In this document: piece by piece, positions 27,330-32,000 of the stretch
Layout of the letters: each line of letters opens with the position of its first letter
Position numbering within the stretch: the stretch's first letter is position 1
NCBI RefSeq assembly: GCF_000195955.2
Contig: NC_000962.3
Span: 2,370,001 to 2,402,000, forward strand
DNA length: 32,000 bases
Direction of reading: 5' to 3'
DNA from: Mycobacterium tuberculosis H37Rv
GTDB taxonomy: Bacteria > Actinomycetota > Actinomycetes > Mycobacteriales > Mycobacteriaceae
The notes under the pieces: generated by a model
Database searches by the model: none
Told to the model about the DNA's origin: nothing
Seen by the model: the letters and a program-made list of their open reading frames with translations, nothing else
Program-made: the position numbers and the translations under genes

Positions 27330-28406
27330 TTGCTAACAGGGAATAAACCAGCAGTTCAACGCCGCTTCATCGGCCTGTTGATGTTGTCAGTCCTGGTCGC
27401 AGGCTGTTCTTCGAACCCGCTGGCTAACTTCGCACCCGGGTATCCGCCCACCATCGAACCCGCCCAACCGGCGGTGTCACCGCCTACTTCGCAAGACCCG
27501 GCCGGTGCAGTGCGACCACTGAGCGGCCACCCCCGGGCGGCACTATTCGACAACGGCACCCGCCAATTGGTGGCTCTGCGCCCGGGCGCCGATTCGGCGG
27601 CACCCGCCAGCATCATGGTCTTCGATGACGTGCACGTTGCACCGCGCGTCATTTTTCTGCCGGGCCCGGCAGCCGCGTTGACCAGCGACGACCACGGCAC
27701 GGCCTTCCTTGCCGCCCGCGGCGGCTACTTCGTGGCCGACCTGTCCTCCGGTCACACCGCACGAGTGAATGTCGCTGACGCAGCGCACACCGATTTCACC
27801 GCGATCGCCCGCCGCTCCGACGGCAAGCTGGTGCTGGGCAGCGCAGATGGCGCCGTCTACACGCTTGCCAAGAACCCCGCAGTTGACCCGGCGTCCGGCG
27901 CCGCCACCGTAGCCAGCCGGACCAAGATCTTCGCGCGCGTGGATGCCCTTGTAACACAAGGGAATACAACCGTTGTTCTGGATCGTGGCCAGACCTCGGT
28001 GACCACGATCGGCGCCGACGGTCATGCCCAGCAGGCACTGCGCGCCGGCCAAGGTGCGACGACCATGGCCGCCGATCCGCTGGGCCGGGTGCTGATCGCC
28101 GACACCCGTGGTGGCCAACTACTGGTGTACGGCGTCGACCCGCTGATCTTGCGCCAGGCCTACCCGGTGCGGCAGGCTCCGTACGGGCTGGCCGGATCCC
28201 GCGAATTGGCGTGGGTGTCCCAAACCGCGTCCAACACCGTCATTGGTTACGATCTGACCACCGGAATACCCGTAGAGAAGGTGCGTTACCCAACCGTGCA
28301 ACAACCCAACTCGTTGGCCTTCGACGAAACGTCGGACACCTTGTACGTGGTGTCGGGATCCGGTGCCGGGGTCCAGGTCATCGAACACGCGGCGGGCACC
28401 CGATGA
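27330..28406 (+). CDS. lppL: Lipoprotein LppL (358 aa)
   Basis: TTG start. The signal peptide is [31 protein letters not shown], with lipobox LVAGC. Confidence 0.85.
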
Positions 28407-28684
28407 GCAGCCGACCCGCGGCGCGGCGGACCTGGTTGCCTACCGGCTGGGATTCCGAGATGTCCGACGAGTACGAGTGGGCGCCATTGCGCCTACCGCC
28501 AGAAGTGACCAGGGTCAGCGCGTCCACCCGGCTGTCCATCGAGGCCGAATACCGCGGCTGGGAGCTAGCACGGGTACGCCTCTATACCGACGGCAGCAGG
28601 CGGGTATTGTTGCGCCGCAAGAAATCTCGCTGGGCAGACGCAGAGGCGAACCGCCGGCCAGACCAGCCGCAGCTGTGGCTCTGA
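28403..28684 (+). CDS. Small DUF5703-like protein (93 aa from the ATG at 28403, or 74 aa from the ATG at 28460)
   Basis: This is the C-terminal part of ORF-track entry 28211..28684. The ATG at 28403 overlaps the lppL TGA (ATGA). [52 protein letters not shown] matches my memory of the DUF5703 pattern (EYE...AEYGGWEL.R.RLYPDG.R.V.LRR). Confidence 0.6.
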
Positions 28685-28719
28685 AGGCCGGGGCCAGCCC
28701 GCGCGCAGACCGCTATCGG

Positions 28720-29793
28720 ATGTATCCCCTGGTGCGTCGGCTGTTGTTCCTGATCCCACCCGAGCACGCGCACAAGTTGGTTTTCGCCGTGCTGCGCGGC
28801 GTGGCCGCCGTGGCGCCAGTGCGCCGGCTCTTGCGCCGACTGCTGGGCCCGACGGATCCGGTGCTGGCCAGCACGGTGTTCGGGGTGCGCTTCCCGGCAC
28901 CGCTCGGGCTGGCCGCGGGGTTCGACAAGGACGGCACCGCACTATCCAGTTGGGGTGCGATGGGGTTCGGCTACGCCGAGATCGGCACCGTCACCGCTCA
29001 TCCGCAGCCCGGCAACCCGGCCCCCCGCCTGTTCCGGCTGGCCGACGACCGCGCCCTGCTGAACCGGATGGGGTTCAACAATCACGGTGCCCGGGCACTG
29101 GCGATCCGACTCGCGCGGCACCGACCCGAGATCCCGATCGGGGTGAATATCGGCAAGACCAAGAAAACGCCGGCCGGCGACGCGGTCAACGACTACCGGG
29201 CCAGCGCCCGGATGGTCGGCCCGCTGGCGTCGTATCTGGTGGTCAACGTCAGCTCTCCGAACACACCGGGGTTACGCGATCTGCAGGCGGTCGAATCGCT
29301 GCGGCCCATCCTGTCTGCCGTCCGCGCCGAGACTTCGACGCCGGTGCTGGTGAAGATCGCGCCGGACTTGTCCGATTCCGACCTCGACGACATCGCGGAC
29401 CTGGCCGTCGAGCTAGACCTGGCCGGCATCGTGGCAACCAACACCACGGTGTCACGCGACGGCCTGACCACACCGGGGGTCGACCGGTTGGGTCCCGGCG
29501 GCATCTCGGGGCCACCGCTGGCTCAGCGCGCGGTCCAGGTGCTGCGTCGGCTCTATGACCGGGTCGGTGATCGATTGGCGCTGATCAGCGTGGGCGGGAT
29601 CGAGACGGCCGACGACGCGTGGGAGCGCATCACAGCGGGCGCATCGCTGCTACAGGGCTATACCGGCTTCATCTACGGCGGGGAACGGTGGGCCAAGGAC
29701 ATCCATGAAGGCATTGCCCGCAGGCTGCATGACGGCGGGTTCGGCTCGCTGCACGAAGCGGTCGGCTCGGCAAGACGTCGGCAACCCAGCTAA
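28720..29793 (+). CDS. pyrD: Dihydroorotate dehydrogenase (quinone), class 2, PyrD (357 aa)
   Basis: ORF 28363..29793 is started at the ATG at 28720 ([20 protein letters not shown]...). Motifs seen are [21 protein letters not shown] and GGISGPPL. Confidence 0.93.
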
Positions 29794-29797
29794 AGCG

Positions 29798-30328
29798 CTA
29801 ACGCTGCTCGTAGGTGCCGAAGATGACCGCTCGTGCAATCGCGTGCTGGAACAGGTTGAATCCCAGATATGCAGGACTCGCGTCCTCGGGGAGGTCGAGC
29901 TTTTCGACCTTCACCGCGTGTACCGCGACGTAGTAGCGATGCACCCCATGACCGGGAGGCGGCGCCGCACCCACATACCGGCGCATACCGGCGTCGTTGA
30001 CCAATGTCAGTGCCCCGCCCGGCAGTTCGCGGCCATCGCCGACACCCTCGGGCAACTCGGTGACGTTGGCAGGCAGGTTGGCCACCGCCCAGTGCCAGAA
30101 CCCGGACAGGGTGGGGGCATCAGGGTCGTAGACGGTTACCGCGAAGCTGCGGGTCTCGCTGGGAAATCCCGACCACCTCAGCTGCGGACTGGCATCCGCC
30201 CCGCCCGCACCCATGATCCCGCTGACCTGGGGTGTAGCCAGCGGCTGCCCATCGGTGATCGAGGTTGACGTCAGGCTGAAGGACGGCAGCTTGGGCAGCG
30301 CGGCATACGGGTCGGGTGAAGTTGTCAT
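29798..30328 (-). CDS. TB18.6: PEBP/YbhB-family protein TB18.6 (Rv2140c-like, 176 aa)
   Basis: ORF 29798..30514 is started at the ATG at 30328 ([19 protein letters not shown]...). PEBP motifs seen are VYDPDAP, WHWAV and [14 protein letters not shown]. Confidence 0.88.
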
Positions 30329-30375
30329 GGTCAGTCCTCTCGTGTGATCGACGTTGCGACTAGCCTCGTTTTCGA

Positions 30376-31722
30376 CTAGCAGTGTGTCAGCAAGTGCGTT
30401 AGCACCTCGGTGCCGAACCGCAACCCATCGATGGGTACCCGCTCGTCGACGCCGTGGAACAACGAGGTGAAATCCAAGTCCGGCGGCAAGCGCAGCGGGC
30501 TGAAGCCAAAGCACCGAATACCCAAGCGCGCGAACGCCTTCGCGTCCGTTCCACCGGACAGCATGTACGGCACCGTGCGACCGTCTGGGTCGACCGCCAA
30601 CACCGCGGCGTTCATGGCGGCGACCAGATCACCGTCGAAGGTGGTCTCATATGATGGCAGATCGCTGACCCACTCCCGGGTCACGTCGGGTCCGATCAGC
30701 GCGTCGACTTCGGCCTCGAACGCCGCCCGGCGACCCGGAAGCACGCGGCAGTCCACAACTGCCTCCGCGGTCGCCGGGACGACGTTGGCCTTGTATCCGG
30801 CCTTGAGCATCGTAGGGTTCGCGGTGTCATGTAGCACTGCCTTCAACATGCGGGCCATCGGGCCAAGCTTGTCGATCGTCCCGGCCAGGTCCGGCGAGTC
30901 AAGGTCGAAGGCCAGTCCGGTCTCCTCTCCGACTACGGCCAAGAACTGGGCGACGGTGTCAGTGCAGACCAGCGGAAACTGGTGGCGCCCTAGGCGAGCG
31001 ACCGCCTCACAAACGGCGGTGACCGCGTTCTGGTCGTGCACCATCGAGCCGTGCCCAGCCCGGCCGCGTGCCGTCAGCCGCATCCACTGGATGCCCTTCT
31101 CGGCGGTTTCAATCAGGTACAGGCGACGTTCGCCACCATCGTGCCGGGGCACGGTTAGCGAGAAACCGCCGACTTCACCGATTGCCTCGGTGATGCCGTC
31201 GAACAGATCGGGCCTATTGTCGACCAGCCAGTGCGACCCGTACTTGCCGCCGTGCTCCTCGTCGGCAACGAACGCGAACACCAGATCCCGTGGCGGCACG
31301 ATAGCGGCCTGACGAAGGTGGCGGGCAACCACAATCATCATGCCCACCATGTCCTTCATGTCGACCGCGCCACGACCCCAGACGTAGCCGTCTTCGATGG
31401 CGCCGGAAAACGGGTGCACACTCCATTCGGCCGGTTCAGCCGGCACCACATCGAGATGCCCGTGGATCAGCAGCGCGCCGCGAGAACTATCGGCGCCCGC
31501 CAGCCGGGCGAACACGTTGCCGCGGCCGGGCGCACCGGATTCAACGTATTCAGGTTGGTAGCCGACTTCGGCGAGCTGCTCGGCGACCCAGCGTGCGCAC
31601 TCGGCCTCACCCTTGGTGGTCCCGGGTTCGCCACTGTTGGTGGTATCGAACCGGATTAGCCTGCTGACGACCTGGGCGACATCATCGCTGTGGTCGCTTG
31701 AAGCCCCGGTCTCATCTGTCAC
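30376..31722 (-). CDS. dapE2: M20-family metallopeptidase/deacylase (Rv2141c-like, 448 aa from the GTG at 31722)
   Basis: ORF 30376..31740 has GTG candidates at 31740, 31728 and 31722. GGAAAGG lies 6 nt before 31722. M20 motifs seen are [11 protein letters not shown] and FVADEEHGG. The dapE2 name is recalled from annotation and is not biochemically established to my knowledge. Confidence 0.85.
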
Positions 31723-31762
31723 AGTCACCTTTCCTACCACTCGTAACCCTGGCGAGCCGATC

Positions 31763-31936
31763 GCCCCTGGCGCGCCGGGCCCGCGTCGTCGCCGAGCTGG
31801 ATTTGCTTACGTGGGCTGATTGCCTGGCTCCTCCTCACCCCGTTACCCGGGGCGCATCGTCGCCGAGCTCGATTTGATTGCCCGGCTCCTCCTCACCCCG
31901 TTACCCGGGGCGCATCGTCGCCGAGCTAGGTTGGGC
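31763..31936 (-). repeat. 58-bp tandem repeat (MIRU/VNTR-like), about 2 units plus a diverged partial unit
   Basis: Units start at 31821 and 31879 (tgcc[t/c]ggctcctcctcaccccgttacccggggcgcatcgtcgccgagct...), giving a period of 58. An upstream diverged copy starts at about 31763. On the minus strand each unit reads ...GGTGAGGAGGAGCC... (stop plus SD-like core). I believe this corresponds to the typing locus VNTR 2401 (Mtub30). Confidence 0.85.
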
Positions 31937-32000
31937 CGGTGCGGGGCAATCCGATAGCCTTAGCTGCCAGCCCCGGTGGTTGGTTGGTCCGAGTGGCGGA

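Noticed and set aside
31926-32000. A possible 3' end of another minus-strand gene at the window edge
   Set aside because: Two minus-strand frames stay open to the edge, with stops at 31926-31928 and about 31957-31959. About 25 codons is too little to recognise a product, so I make no call.

Overview
This is high-GC actinobacterial DNA that I recognise as the Mycobacterium tuberculosis complex chromosome, collinear with H37Rv Rv2110c to Rv2141c. Locus names come from my memory of the protein sequences, not from a search. The window is densely coding core genome. It contains the Pup-proteasome block (prcB 5' part, pup, dop, mpa), trmI, hisE-hisG, PPE37, metH, a PAC2-family gene, PE_PGRS37, ansP1, mshC, cysQ, uppP, pyrD, two lipoproteins (lppK, lppL) and several conserved hypotheticals. 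I recognised no rRNA, tRNA, IS element or CRISPR array. Non-genic structure includes two MIRU/VNTR-type tandem repeats (57-bp unit at 2437-2605, 58-bp unit at about 31763-31936) and an IdeR iron box over the PPE37 promoter. There is also a pair of CATC-N2-GATG palindromes bracketing a TATAAT upstream of a small RHH gene. The best candidates for follow-up are listed here. (1) A uppP-linked trio of histidine phosphatase, DUF3090 zinc-ribbon protein and PI3/4-kinase-like protein (Rv2135c-Rv2133c) has no known substrate. (2) An orphan VapB-like RHH antitoxin is translationally coupled to the N-terminal half of a PIN/VapC toxin that ends where it meets Rv2133c. (3) The PE domain of PE_PGRS37 is intact in sequence but split over three frame changes. 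(4) A DUF5703-like small ORF sits between lppL and pyrD. All start-codon choices were made by hand from ORF-track frames, SD-like motifs and remembered protein lengths.
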